Sequence record: MK295205
Length of the DNA: 64,000 bases
Reading direction: 5' to 3' (one strand)
Origin: Shigella phage vB_SflM_004
In this document: positions 31,453 to 42,669 of the stretch, in pieces
Position numbering within the stretch: the first letter of the stretch is position 1
How the letters are laid out: each line of letters begins with the position of its first letter
Made by a program: the position numbers and the translations under genes
The notes under the pieces: model-generated
What the model was told of the DNA's origin: nothing
Seen by the model: only the letters and a program-made list of their open reading frames with translations
Databases searched by the model: none

Positions 31453-31683
31453 ATGAGGTACATTGATGCAAACCGTGTAAGAGGTTATATGGCAATTGGC
31501 TCTGCAATCTCTAACATTAAGCTGGAGACTACCAGTGCTAAGAAGGTACGAGACCACTTCATCAAAGAGTTGTCAGAGATTGTGGATGGTGTTGATATCA
31601 AGGCTGTCTGGTTAGATGTTGAAGGTCACAACTACACCACTTTTGTATTTAAAAATGAGGATATCAAATGTCTCTTCCCTTAA
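31453..31683 (+). CDS. hypothetical protein
   Basis: 76-aa ORF; a 38-codon ORF at about 31327-31443 might be its frameshifted N-terminus. Confidence 0.35.
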   Translation: MRYIDANRVRGYMAIGSAISNIKLETTSAKKVRDHFIKELSEIVDGVDIKAVWLDVEGHNYTTFVFKNEDIKCLFP

Positions 31684-32060
31684 AACTTGATTTATACTTT
31701 GGTTACAGTGTATTACAGGGTAGCATACTTTCACTACCAAAGTCAGATTACCGTTGTGATTTAGGTTCTGTGAAACGTGCATCACACATGAACAGCAACA
31801 TTTTAGGCTTGCAGACACTTCACAGGTGGCTTGAGGAAGATGGGCATTTGAATGAGTATCTTCACCAACTCGAACTAGCCAAAGAAGAAGGGCATATGGG
31901 TTGGGATTTACTACCCCATCTGTACAAACCTGCAAGCCCTATGGAGATACGCTATAACGAACAAGCGATTGATAGTTATAACAAATATAATATAACTATT
32001 GGCTTAAAATCTTGGTTAGATTATGACAAATCATTATACAGACCATTGGAAAGCGTGTAG
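31668..32060 (+). CDS. hypothetical protein
   Basis: 130 aa; GAGGA SD upstream of ATG. Confidence 0.45.
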   Translation: MSLPLKLDLYFGYSVLQGSILSLPKSDYRCDLGSVKRASHMNSNILGLQTLHRWLEEDGHLNEYLHQLELAKEEGHMGWDLLPHLYKPASPMEIRYNEQAIDSYNKYNITIGLKSWLDYDKSLYRPLESV

Positions 32061-32212
32061 CAAAAGGTATTGCTTATGATGAAAAGGTTGACTGGAATAC
32101 ACAAAAGTGTATAAAATTCTTCAAGTACGATAATGACAAAGATACTTTTGTAGAGGTTTAACATGAAAATTGGAATTACCCTTTGCCAGCCCGAAACAGG
32201 GGTCTTAACATT

Positions 32213-32494
32213 ATGAAAGCTACAAATCATACTGAGAAGACATTCTTGATTGATACAAACTATGATGCAGGAACTATTGAGTTCATTGATGAAGACACTG
32301 CTGATTCCTTGTGTGTTCTTCCTGCTCACTTATTTACTCCAGAGCTACGTGAGAGTCGTTCTATTGAAGTTAATCTTGAGCCAAGTATTGAACTGTACTC
32401 AGATACACAGTATCCAAGAAGTTTTAAAGGATTGGCAGACCTCCACATAGTAGTAGGATGGTTATTGGAAGCCAAGCCGGAGGTGGTCATGTAG
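32213..32494 (+). CDS. hypothetical protein
   Basis: internal ATG (MKATNH) with AGGGG SD; upstream hairpin cccgaaacaggggtc. Confidence 0.4.
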   Translation: MKATNHTEKTFLIDTNYDAGTIEFIDEDTADSLCVLPAHLFTPELRESRSIEVNLEPSIELYSDTQYPRSFKGLADLHIVVGWLLEAKPEVVM

Positions 32495-32661
32495 TAACTG
32501 CTGAGTGTGAACAAGGCACTATCAAGCTGACAGGTGATTTTGGTTCTATGAGTTTCTTAGACTTTGTTCCAAAACACTTTGAAGACTTCCTGTCAAGTGA
32601 AGTTGATGACCTTGATTTCATACTAAAATTTGAACGCACTTTTAAGGTAAACAAAAAATGA
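32458..32661 (+). CDS. hypothetical protein
   Basis: 67-aa ORF; followed by a 41-codon Cys-rich ORF (about 32659-32784). Confidence 0.35.
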   Translation: MVIGSQAGGGHVVTAECEQGTIKLTGDFGSMSFLDFVPKHFEDFLSSEVDDLDFILKFERTFKVNKK

Positions 32662-32926
32662 AAATCTTAAGCGGAGTATCACAGTGTTACATGAATGATG
32701 GTGAGCCAGTTAAATGCTGCCATTGTGGAGGTGAGAACTTCCAAGGTGAAGTTTCAGAGATTGTCTCTGGCAATATCAATTAAGCGCACAAGGTCTGGTG
32801 TGTATATGCACACATTTTATCTTTTTGGGCTTATGGAAGTTATGAACCACAACCCCACCTTATTTACCATCCAAACAGGATTGTGAAGCGTGTTCTGAAC
32901 TGGTTCATTATCAAAGGATTTACAAA

Positions 32927-33366
32927 ATGATTAAGTTAATTTTTGCAAGTGGTATTAACGGGGAGTTTGGCACAGCTACTGGAATGCCTTGGCCTCGTAA
33001 TAAACAGATTTTAGGAAGCAGACTGTTAACCAGTTAGTCTTGATGGGTAGCGAAACTTGGAAGACTCTTGGGAGCAAGCCTTTGCCAAACCGTGAGAACA
33101 TTGTCTTGACAAACTCTCTTGACTTTTATGGTCTGGATTTTAAAGATGACTCTCATTGTAAAGCAAGAGTTAAGCCTGAAGCTTTTGGGGCTTTCCTGAA
33201 GTATATTGATAGCTCTATTGATGAAGATGTTTTAGTAATCGGTGGAGCCAATATCTTAATCTCAGCTTTGCCGTATGCTGACGTAGTTTTCCACAGCGTC
33301 ATTCAGGAAGTTACAGGACAGGTAATCACCGAATTGCTTGGTGGGTTTCTTCCAGTACTTGTATGA
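32927..33366 (+). pseudogene. dihydrofolate reductase, frameshifted
   Basis: N-terminus MIKLIFASGINGEFGTATGMPWPRNKQ in one frame stops at 33035; DHFR continues in the next frame from 33004 (DFRKQTVNQLVLMGSETWKTLGSKPLPNRENIVLT...VIGGANIL...LPYAD); one-base shift near 33000-33008. Confidence 0.6.
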
Positions 33367-33461
33367 CACAGATTTATTTGCTAAAGTACAGTCCAAACCT
33401 CTGGATGACAGGTAAGTGGCCTGACAAACACATTGACCACAAAGAAGAGGGCTTTTCTAAT

Positions 33462-34350
33462 ATGTCACAAGCAGATGTAAGCTACAAAGCTATTTTAAAC
33501 CATGTTTTATCAGTTGGTGAGTTGCGTAAAACCAGAACTGGCTCAGTGATTTCTACCTTTGCTCCACCTGAGTTCCGTTTTGATATGCGTAGTGGATTTC
33601 CATTAATCACCTCAAAACAAACGTTTATGCGTCAAGTCCTCGGTGAAGCATTATGGTTTATGAACGGTGAAAACCAACTAGGCCATTTGCGTTACAGAAC
33701 TTGGGGGGAGAATGACGGAGAGCGTTGGACTATCTGGACAGATGATTTTAAACGTTGGTTGAAAACAACCTATGCTACAGAGAATGATTGGCTGGAGGAC
33801 GCTGGAGGAAGAATCTATGGAGTCCAATGGAGAGCCTACGAAGGTCATGGTGGAGTTGTTGGAGATGGTTTGAATAACGCTTGGGACAATCTAAGAGAGG
33901 CCACAAAAGAACAGAACATGTCTAATAACGCATGGAATGCAGCAGATATATCAAGTAACTCTATGGCATTAGCACCTTGCCATGTACTTTTTCAGATTTA
34001 CATCTCGAACACTAATGAGGTAGATTTGAAATGGTATCAGCGCTCTTGTGATACGTTCTTAGGATTACCATTTAACATTGCTTCCTATGCCTTTATCTTG
34101 GAAGTGTTGTGTAAACTGACGGGGTATACACCGCGATATCTGATTGGTACTTATGGTGATACTCAAATCTATCAGAACCATATGTCGCAGGTTTTTCAGC
34201 TTCTTGGTAATGGAGACAACCTAGAACATCAATCAAGATTTGAAGTCTCTTGAAGACTTGAGACATATGACAGCAGATGACTTCCTAGGTGGGTTGAAAG
34301 GGTATAAACATGCTGGTAAGATTGAAGCACCTTTATCAGTAGGTAAGTAA
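33462..34350 (+). CDS. thymidylate synthase (apparent frameshift near 3' end)
   Basis: ThyA motifs RTGSVISTFAP, YGVQWRAY, catalytic ALAPCH, YQRSCDTFLGLPFNIASYA, GDTQIYQNH; conserved C-terminus (DDFLGGLKGYKHAGKIEAPLSV) is in a different frame after about 34240. Confidence 0.65.
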
Positions 34351-34447
34351 AAACTTAAAAGGTACAAGTAGAAGCAAGTCTGGTAAGTTGTTCTGTAATT
34401 GCTTGCAAAGCTGATATGGATAGCCCAGATTAACCATAACGGCAAGA

Positions 34448-34735
34448 CTATACATATAGGAACATACACAACTTTGCGTTCTCACCCTTAACATTCTCTA
34501 GCTGAACTTTCTGGTTCTCCATCCCTAATTGTAGGAGCTTCATATCAGATTGTAAATCACGAATAGCTGAATAGTTACCTTTTGAGTAACTATCCAACTG
34601 TTGTAACTTTGTGTTGATAGAAACTTCTTGCTTTCCGTCAGAGACCTGCATCGTAGTGTACATACCAATTACACTGAAAATACCTACAACGATTGCACCA
34701 ATATTGTTCTTGAAAGCATCTTCTAACCACTTCAT
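34448..34735 (-). CDS. hypothetical membrane protein
   Basis: 95 aa with one hydrophobic helix (IGAIVVGIFSVIGMY). Confidence 0.4.
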   Translation of the reverse strand: MKWLEDAFKNNIGAIVVGIFSVIGMYTTMQVSDGKQEVSINTKLQQLDSYSKGNYSAIRDLQSDMKLLQLGMENQKVQLENVKGENAKLCMFLYV

Positions 34736-34740
34736 TATTT

Positions 34741-34913
34741 CTCACCTTTAAAAGCCTTTTCCAAGGTATCAACAAATTCATCATCAATAGGTGTATCTGT
34801 TTTACTCGCAAGGTATCTTGCAAGCTTAAAGAACACTTTTTCAATCATGTATTCACTGAGAAGAGGAAGAAGAAGCCCATAAAGTTTCATGAGGATTGCT
34901 AGAATGGTCGGCA
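34741..34913 (-). CDS. small hydrophobic protein (below track size cut-off)
   Basis: 57-codon ORF MPTILAILMKLYGLLLPLL... read by eye; stop adjacent to next ATG. Confidence 0.3.
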
Positions 34914-34963
34914 TTTAATCACCTTACTTCTTGAGCCAAGATGGTGAGAATACCTATTAAGAA

Positions 34964-34992
34964 ATATTAACACCATCTTGTCAGTTAGTCAA
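34964..34992 (-). promoter_or_regulatory. sigma70-like promoter (leftward)
   Basis: minus-strand TTGACT, 17-nt spacer, TAATAT. Confidence 0.5.
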
Positions 34993-35000
34993 CAAGGTAA

Positions 35001-35957
35001 TTAAGCAGTTTTTACCCAAGCCATTAATTTAATAAAGGCGTTAGTAACATCAAATGCTGCACCAGAACCTGTACCACCAGTTGTACCACTTAATGTGTGG
35101 GCATGAGCACCAATTGTCACAGTGTGTGTATGGTCACCTACCCAACTTGTTCTCCCTGTCCAAGTTCTTGATGCGTAGAAGTTAACTGGTGTACCATAAG
35201 TGAACTGTGAACCAGTATAACCTCTAGAGGCTTGCGATGACATCTTACTACCACCTGCACCAGTCCCGTTCCATCTTACTGTGAAGCTGCTATTTGCAAC
35301 ATTATGGGCGTGACCACCCGCACCAGAGATTTCCATGTTACCTCTGTCATGGTCGTGAGCACCTTGAGCGTCTGTGTACTTAGTACCATAATCAAAGGTA
35401 GTGGTTGTTCCAGAGAAGCTGTGAGTATGACTTGGAAGATGACCTACAGCAATACTCTTAGAGTCTGAGCCACCTACAGAACCAACATCCTCACCAGTTG
35501 AAGAGGCAATTCTAATAGTTCTGAACTGACCATTTGATAGGTAAGCCCAAGTAGTTCCTGCAAATGCTGTATTAGGGTTTACATTCGATGCAAAGAACGT
35601 TACCATACCAACTGGATAGATTTTGTTAAGGTCTGTTGAGTTAGAAATAGCTGTTGCAATCTTCTGGTCAGTCTCTGCTTTAGTGTAAGCTCCAACATCT
35701 CCAGCAGAAGGTTTCTGTGCTTCCGTGAAAGTGTTGTAATCAATTACCACATAACCATCAACCGCATTAGCTGGCTTAGTAGATGACACAGTAGGAGCAG
35801 AATGGACAGTAATAACTGCACCATTGTTGTAGTTAAATTTAAACTGTGCAGTCGGTGTAGATGTACAAACTCCACGCATCATAGTTATCTCCACCAACTG
35901 AAACAGTACATACATCAACACCAACACCACTATCTGTACTTCTGTAAAGAACAGCAT
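35001..35957 (-). CDS. tail fibre protein, C-terminal His-rich domain
   Basis: repeated HxH motifs (HTHSFSG, HDHDRG, HAHNV, GDHTHTVTIGAHAHTLSG) as in long/short tail-fibre tips; N-terminal part of track ORF looks like out-of-frame read-in. Confidence 0.6.
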   Translation of the reverse strand: MLFFTEVQIVVLVLMYVLFQLVEITMMRGVCTSTPTAQFKFNYNNGAVITVHSAPTVSSTKPANAVDGYVVIDYNTFTEAQKPSAGDVGAYTKAETDQKIATAISNSTDLNKIYPVGMVTFFASNVNPNTAFAGTTWAYLSNGQFRTIRIASSTGEDVGSVGGSDSKSIAVGHLPSHTHSFSGTTTTFDYGTKYTDAQGAHDHDRGNMEISGAGGHAHNVANSSFTVRWNGTGAGGSKMSSQASRGYTGSQFTYGTPVNFYASRTWTGRTSWVGDHTHTVTIGAHAHTLSGTTGGTGSGAAFDVTNAFIKLMAWVKTA

Positions 35958-37553
35958 TTAGACCCGATGGGTTTGCATTTCCACTTCTCAATACTAGTTC
36001 ATTTTTGCAAAACTAAGTTGAACCAACGTTGAAACCTGTACCACCATAGAGTCTTAAAGTTGCTGTTGATGGTGTTTGTGGCATTGTTACAGTAGCAATT
36101 TTCACCCAACCACTGTCATAAGTTGTTGCATTCATAGCAGTAGCTCTTGAGAATACAGTATTAGCAACACTTTGTGTGTAGTACCTTGCATCAAAGTTAG
36201 ATACATCTGTAGGGATAACTTGACCTTCAACTCTTAAAGGTTTATTGAGATAAGCTACATCCCTTAACTCTAGATATGTATTCACTGACAAGGTGCTCAG
36301 GGAAGAGTACCTTAGTCTGCTACCTTCACCGTTACCAACATACCAACGTCGCATCAGTACTATCTTTTGCAATAACCCCGTTGCTATTCATTGGCTGGGT
36401 AGCTGTCCCACTTTGCAATGTGAAAGCAGCATCTGTAGTAACAATAGTTTGAGCACCTGTGAAAGTGTTTGCAGAGTTATTTCTTGCAAGACTACTTAAT
36501 AAAGAGCTTACAATATCTTATATAGGAGGACTTATGAGCCACCGTGGAAGAACCCATGCAGCGATGATGAAAGGTGCTTCAAAGGAGACACCAGATGAGT
36601 AGAGTCTCATAGTTGCACCTGTCATCTGGTTAAACAAGTTAACATCCTGCTTAGTCCCATCAGGTTGACCAAGATACCAAGACTCTGAACCAGAACCTGC
36701 GTAGGCTTGAACAAATACTGCACCGTTTGCTGTAGCTGGTTTCAATCTAAGCAAAGACCCATCAGAAATAATTGTCTGATAGTTTGTGAAGTTGTTTGCA
36801 CCTGAGAAGGTATTATTTTCAGTTAGTCTTGCAAATCTTTGGTCAGCAGCTATCAAAAATCGTAAGCAGAAGTTGTTTGAGAGAATGAACAGGTTAATTG
36901 ACAATTCATCTCTTTCAGGTTCTGAGAAGGTTTTTAACTAGGGAACCGGTCTTGTTGTTGTAGAAAATAACATCGTCACTTCCGAATCATTACCTACATA
37001 CCACCTATTAGCTCCAGTACTATCCTGGCTACAATAGCGGAGTATGCCTCACTTGCACCAGCAGGGGTCTTCAGTGTCATAGCTTCACCATTTGCTTGAA
37101 TAACTTGTTGGGAGGTAAAGATGTTATTTGCAGCTAGTCTTGAGTATCTTGCATCATTTTCCTCATTTGTTCTCATACCTAATTCATTAGGAGATGGTTT
37201 ATTAAGTGTGTGATAAACTGTTGCAGACCTTGAAGCATCTGCAATAGTTAGTCTAAGACCGTTTGAGTTAATTTTAAATCTTGAAAGGTAATCTGAAAAG
37301 CATTGCACAAGAACTTGTAGAATAAATCTTTTCCACCGTAAGTTAACTTAACAATACCCAGATTACCTGTCATATTCCCGCCAGCTAATTGCAAGAATCT
37401 TTCAAGTCTGAATGAAGCTAAGAAATTTGCATAGGTCATTTTACGGTCTTCATCACCTAGCATATCAGACCTTTTAATTACTCTCAAATGTAATAGGTCG
37501 TCTGAGCGAACTGTATCAATTGTGTTTAGTTCACTTAGTTTGTATTCAGCCAT
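35958..37553 (-). pseudogene. tail fibre gene N-terminal and central portions, fragmented
   Basis: N-terminus MAEYKLSELNTIDTV...LAGGNMTGNLGIVKL at 37553, then pieces in different frames (36994-37308, 36518-36904, 36013-36372) interleaved with three foreign fragments at about 36520-36595, 36840-36935, 37275-37315. Confidence 0.5.
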
Positions 37554-37598
37554 TTATCAATCCTCTTTATAGGGGCTGTGTAGCCCCTTTATAAATTT

Positions 37599-38788
37599 TT
37601 AAGCAACTCTCTTCCACACATAAACAACATAAGATGGTTGTTCAACACTGAAAGCTTGTCCACCACCAGATGCACCAGTTGTACCTGAGTGAGTGTGCTC
37701 AGAAGATTGAACTGTCACAGTACCACTGTGTGTATGTGAACCAATACCGACTGTGTGGCTGTGAGCACCAATACCGACTGTGTGGCTGTGGTCACCGGAT
37801 GCACCAGATGTAACATCTCCAATCGTCACAACGTGAGAGTGGTCACCTGCCCCATAAGTTGGTTGTGACGCATTACCAACACCTGCATCAGCCGTTGCCG
37901 TAATAGCATTCACACCACGTCCACCAACGTTCTGTACAAGAGCTTGGTGAGTGTGATTGCCAGAGTTGTTTGTATTCCTTGAACCATAGTCAAAAGTACT
38001 GGTATACTTAGTTCCATAGTCAAAGTCACTTGTAGATTTTGTACCATAATCAAACACACTCGTTGTCTTATTTCCGTGGTCGAAACTTGAAGCTGACGCA
38101 CTATTACCATGCGTGTGTCCACCACCAGTTAACAATACAGAGTGTGTGTGACTTGGAATGTTATTTTGAGAAAGTGCTACAGATGCACTACCAAAATTAG
38201 TTTCAACTGGTCTTGTGTCAGAATCATAACCAACTAATGCTCTACCTTTAGAGACAAGTTCCCAAGTACCACCACAAAGTAAATATGTAGATGGGTTTGC
38301 AGGGTTAACTGACAAATGGATAGTACCAATTGGGTAACTATTCTGGATAGCTCTATAAAGAGCATTCACAGCTTTTGCAGTAGCATACTTATCAGCATCT
38401 TCAGAGTAAGAGTTTGAATAAGTCCAGTATTGAATATTGGAGACATCTACCTGAATCTTGTTAGTATTGTGAGGGTTGTTCTTATCATTGATGTGGTTCT
38501 GAATAAGAGTATTAACTTCATCACTTGATAGAATATTAAGGTTCTGCCTAGCCTCTTCAACACTAACCACGTCTGACAAGTTATTAGCAGCCATTAATTG
38601 GAGTGCGTTAACAACATTACCAAGTTCTACGTGAACCTTTGTAACGCCGTGTGGGTTATTTCTTAAAGATGCGTGTGGAGCAAGTAATTGCTCAAGTGTG
38701 CAACGCTTATCCTCAAAAAAATGACACTTGTGTCAATAGGTAAAGAGGCTTGAGGCAATGCACTAATTTGAATTTCACCAACTGCCAT
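37599..38788 (-). CDS. tail fibre protein (frameshift at A7 tract)
   Basis: N-terminus from ATG at 38788 (MAVGEIQISALPQASLPIDTSVIF) continues in +1 frame after plus-strand A7 run at 38715-38721 into ...NNLSDVVSVEEARQNLN... and His-rich C-terminus; track reports only 37599-38594. Confidence 0.6.
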
Positions 38789-38790
38789 TA

Positions 38791-39189
38791 TTAGCTCCCT
38801 TTATATTCGTATGTGTAAAGGTTAGTCGTGCTAGTGGGTGCAGTTCCTGTTACTGTGTCAATTAATTCCCAACCATTGGAAACTAAATCAGGTTGCTCCG
38901 TAGCAAATGAACGAACCTCTCCAACCGTACCATTTACTTTGTTAAGCAAATAGTTAATAATATAGTTAAACCACTGGCGACCCATAGGCTCTCCCCTTAA
39001 TAGGCCAGTGGCTTGAATTTCTGGAGGTGGTAATACTTTAAGCTGGTTACTCCCTTCTTGTTGTGATTTATCTTTTCTACCTTTGACGATTTGAGCAACT
39101 TCTGCCATAATACCATAATCGCCACCAGTTACCATTTCTTTACCAGCAATAAAATAGTCACTGCTATTGTTTGTCTTGCTGACTTTCAT
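38791..39189 (-). CDS. hypothetical structural protein
   Basis: 132-aa ORF directly upstream of tail fibre gene. Confidence 0.4.
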   Translation of the reverse strand: MKVSKTNNSSDYFIAGKEMVTGGDYGIMAEVAQIVKGRKDKSQQEGSNQLKVLPPPEIQATGLLRGEPMGRQWFNYIINYLLNKVNGTVGEVRSFATEQPDLVSNGWELIDTVTGTAPTSTTNLYTYEYKGS

Positions 39190-39601
39190 ATAATCTTTAC
39201 TGGTACTTCCACCAGTTTTGTCAACTCTAAAGTAACCATCCCTAATACCAGCATCTGCAAAGCTACCAAGCTTGTTAGCCTCCAGAGAACCACCTGTGTT
39301 GTTCGTAATAAGACCCTTGTTAGTGTCTGTAACAAACCAGTTGTTGTTCTCATCAGTAATTGCCAGACGTTATTCAGCAACTTCTACAGGAGTCCACGCA
39401 GTACCATTTAGCGTAATATCTCTTATGATAACTGCTACACTAATAGTTGCCAGAGTTAATTCAGGAGATGTGTATGCTGTATCTACAACGTTGTTTCGAG
39501 TGTTTACACGAACAACAATACCACCCGTCATAGGTGTGATATGTTCAAAGATTTGACTAAACGTTGCATTGTAGTGATGCCTAGCAAGTTCGTAAAAGCC
39601 T

Positions 39602-40174
39602 TTAACAGTGACACTTTAAGGTCTGCACCAAATGCACGAATACCAGCAGGTTTTGTGTCCCAGATTGCTTGTGCGATGTTAACATTCTTATTGTTGAAAG
39701 AAGAAGCCCATAAAGCTTACTGTGAAGCCCATCATAATTTGTAGTCTCTGTGTCGTTCTCTACACCAGAAGCATCAGATACACCTTGAACCCTCTTGACA
39801 GCAGCTACAATAGCATCTAAAGTACCTACACCAGTAACGGCTAAGGATTCTAGATAACGCTGTCTAAGTTCTGTATCAGTTTCTTCGTTACGACCTGCTG
39901 TTAAATCGTATCTGTTAAATACCCCATCAAGACCATCTACAGTCGTTTCAATCTCAATAAAAACTCCACGGAGAGTTTGCAAAACTCCAGTTTCTTCAGC
40001 TACAACGTCACTAATTGATACAATCTTTGTAAATGTTAGGAAGGTCGTTGCAGTTACAACCATAGGGTTTGTTCTTGCAATGATATCTCCAGTATCTTTA
40101 TAGATTCTCAGAAGAGAACCGTCATTGATGACTTCAGCTTTTGCTGCAATACCACCATTGATAGAGTCTGCCAA
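39602..40174 (-). CDS. putative tail/baseplate protein, 3' end disrupted
   Basis: 190-aa ORF; C-terminal ~45 codons read through an inserted fragment (39565-39740) homologous to the 25954 gene. Confidence 0.35.
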   Translation of the reverse strand: MADSINGGIAAKAEVINDGSLLRIYKDTGDIIARTNPMVVTATTFLTFTKIVSISDVVAEETGVLQTLRGVFIEIETTVDGLDGVFNRYDLTAGRNEETDTELRQRYLESLAVTGVGTLDAIVAAVKRVQGVSDASGVENDTETTNYDGLHSKLYGLLLSTIRMLTSHKQSGTQNLLVFVHLVQTLKCHC

Positions 40175-40244
40175 GTGTTGTAACAGAGTCGTAATGGTAT
40201 CTGAGCTTGTAGGATGGTAAGAGTACTAAGTTGACAAGGTGCCC

Positions 40245-40750
40245 TTATACAATATCTTATATAGGAGGGCTTATGAGCCACCGTGGAAGAACCCATGCAG
40301 CGATGATGAAAGGTGCTTCAAAGGAGACTATCAAGAATCGTAAGCAGAAGTATTTCAAATGTGGTGTCATCTGTTGTTACTTTATTCTTTTGAGATGTTT
40401 GAGAGAATGAACAGGCTAATTGACAATTCATCTCTTTCAGGTTCTGAGAAGGTTTTCTTGAAAGGTAATCTGAAAAGCATTGCACAAGAACTTATTGACA
40501 TTGAGTATTGGAGACATCAAAAATGACACTTGCAGACGTTATTCAGCTCCAGAGTTAATTCAGGAATGTCCATTGTAGTCATGCCTAGCAAGTTCGTAAA
40601 AACCTTTAACAACGACGCTTTAAGGTCTACACACATCCTTATCGTGATTGCAAAAGACCGTACTGGAGTACTCAAAGGTGAACGTATTGATATTCTGGAG
40701 TCTGGGGAAGTGTTGGTAAAGGTTTTGACTGGACACTTCTTCGTGATTCC
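40245..40750. repeat. degraded mosaic copy of the small-gene cassette at 25700-26260
   Basis: colinear ~85 percent identical segments including the RBS and start of the 25748 gene, the SEKVFLKGNLKSIAQELIDIE segment, VVMPSKFVK segment and KDRTGVLKGERI segment, with internal indels. Confidence 0.7.
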
Positions 40751-40852
40751 TTAAAAGTTCTGGTATAAAAACACAAAAGGGGAAGACCTTTTACAGTCTC
40801 CCCCTTATTAGGATTTGTCAAACGTTAAACGTAGTGATTGTTGAAGTGTAGT

Positions 40853-41257
40853 CTAACTTCTCACAACCAAAAATCCAAGTTTTAGAGTTCTGGTCACGTC
40901 CAAGTTCAATCTGTGGAAGCTCTTGCAACCAAGCATTATTACCAGAACTGAACCGGATGGGTCATAAATTACGAAGTTAGATGAAATGTCTTCTTCAAGT
41001 TCCATGTCATCTTGTTTAGCTTGAATTGCAGAAAGCATCTGGTTAGATAGAGAAGTCTGCATTAGCTCAATCTCAATCGTACCTGTTTTATCTGCGTTTC
41101 TTGTCAGAGCTACTTGACCACCTGCACCTACAACTGGCGTAACAAGTGGAGAAGTTCTCTGAAGACGTAAGAATGAGTCTGGTGCAAAACCTTCAATGGC
41201 AATGCCATTCCAGCTACAAACTACATCTTTAGGGGAATATTGCTGATACATAGCCAT
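40853..41257 (-). CDS. hypothetical structural protein
   Basis: 134-aa ORF in tail module; 3' end possibly frameshifted. Confidence 0.4.
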   Translation of the reverse strand: MAMYQQYSPKDVVCSWNGIAIEGFAPDSFLRLQRTSPLVTPVVGAGGQVALTRNADKTGTIEIELMQTSLSNQMLSAIQAKQDDMELEEDISSNFVIYDPSGSVLVIMLGCKSFHRLNLDVTRTLKLGFLVVRS

Positions 41258-41272
41258 TCCTATTTACTCCTA

Positions 41273-41581
41273 TTATTCGTAAGCCACTGTGCCTTTCAAG
41301 TCCACATCCAAGATTGCCCCTGCTAAGATACCGTGGAAGGTAATGTCTTTCAGGATACGAGCTTTCTTATCTGCAAGTGATACTTGTGAGGCTTTAGGAA
41401 CAGTAACGGTATAAGTAGACAAAAAGTTTCTGTTAACTGCTCTCTGAAGAGATGTTTCAATGACCTGACGAACACGAGTAATACCTGTATCATCATAAGT
41501 AATCTTACCACCCTTCTGATTAATTAGCAAGTCTCTTAGAGAAGTTTTCAAGTCTGATTCAAGCCAATCGACATCACTCAT
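41273..41581 (-). CDS. hypothetical structural protein
   Basis: 102-aa ORF. Confidence 0.4.
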   Translation of the reverse strand: MSDVDWLESDLKTSLRDLLINQKGGKITYDDTGITRVRQVIETSLQRAVNRNFLSTYTVTVPKASQVSLADKKARILKDITFHGILAGAILDVDLKGTVAYE

Positions 41582-41584
41582 TAT

Positions 41585-41929
41585 TTAAAAACATACACCA
41601 CCAGAAGTGATACCTCTACGCACTACGAGAGGTAGACTATCGTGAACAATAAGGTTACAGCTACGTGCATCAAGTGCTGACTTCTGAATGCTTGTCAGAG
41701 GTCTCTTGTTAGCTGGCTGCATAGATGCTGCTACACCAGTTAACTGAGCATTACCCCAAGCAATAGAACCTGCATCGTATGGAGCACCATAAGCAATGTA
41801 AGCCATTTCTGGGTAGTCAAAGCTTGCTGTGTGATGCCATAGACATACTGTACGAGTGTACTTACTCTTAGAGAGTTGTGTGAAAGCAATGGTTGCAGAA
41901 GCCAGTTCAGTTCCTTGCAGAGCTTTCAT
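41585..41929 (-). CDS. hypothetical structural protein
   Basis: 114-aa ORF. Confidence 0.4.
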   Translation of the reverse strand: MKALQGTELASATIAFTQLSKSKYTRTVCLWHHTASFDYPEMAYIAYGAPYDAGSIAWGNAQLTGVAASMQPANKRPLTSIQKSALDARSCNLIVHDSLPLVVRRGITSGGVCF

Positions 41930-42129
41930 GTCATTGCTTGCCTTGGAGTAATTTTTCTATCTGGCTGTAATCCCTCATTGCAGTAACGAACTGTGAAGTT
42001 CTGTCTTCAGTTGCAATAAAGTACCAATCAGTTGAGTACGTTTCAATTGCAGCCAGAGCTACAGAAGCACTATCAGCAGTTGTTGCAGAGATTGAAAGAG
42101 TCTGTGCAGTTGTTGTAACTCTTACGAGG

Positions 42130-42375
42130 ACAAAAACGCTTCTTATAGCCTCCCACCAGAGATGCAAGATTGCAGAGTCTATAAGTTACATGGTGATGCC
42201 ATAAGCAATAGCCCCTGTATCAAGCACCGAGACATTGTTGTTGTCAGGTGTCCAAACTGTGGTACTCATCTCTAACCTTTGTTTTAGCTCAAGCATAATG
42301 CTGTGAGCACCTTTACCATTTACAGTAATTAATACTGGAATCTGAAAAGCAATTCAAACAACAACATCTTACACG
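42130..42375. repeat. diverged fragment of the lipoprotein gene (45990-46090) between structural genes
   Basis: shared strings cctcccaccagagatgcaagattgcagagt and ttacatggtgatgc.ataagca. Confidence 0.6.
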
Positions 42376-42381
42376 AATTTA

Positions 42382-42669
42382 TCAAGAACCCAACCATAAG
42401 GTGTGACAGCATCTTGACAGTAAACTGTAATAAACGGTTGGTCTGGTTGCTATGGCAAAAATGATTCTTGTATCTGTTAGTCTGATACCTTCAGGTAAAA
42501 CAATCTGTGTACCATTCTTTACAGAACCCTTAATATAAGGTTGAATATTACCTTTGCAGGGAATGTCAACAATATCTTCAGAAGCTACCCAATCACCATC
42601 GTTATTGTAATAACCATCTTCAGATACTTTGCGTTTCACTACAAAGCTGTGTCTGTTTAAGAGTCTCAT
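42382..42669 (-). CDS. hypothetical head-tail protein, 3' end disrupted
   Basis: 95-aa ORF whose last ~20 codons run into the inserted fragment. Confidence 0.35.
   Translation of the reverse strand: MRLLNRHSFVVKRKVSEDGYYNNDGDWVASEDIVDIPCKGNIQPYIKGSVKNGTQIVLPEGIRLTDTRIIFAIATRPTVYYSLLSRCCHTLWLGS

Noticed and set aside
35802-36499. Plus-strand ORFs 35802-36032 and 36293-36499
   Set aside because: Antisense to tail-fibre coding fragments; likely by-products of biased composition.
35001-38788. Diversity-generating retroelement targeting the tail fibres
   Set aside because: No reverse transcriptase ORF in the window and no template/variable repeat pair with adenine-specific differences; the fibre similarity is ordinary paralogy of His-rich tips.
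40245-40750. Insertion sequence or transposon interpretation of the dispersed fragments
   Set aside because: No transposase, integrase, terminal inverted repeats or target-site duplications found; fragments are pieces of ordinary small genes.
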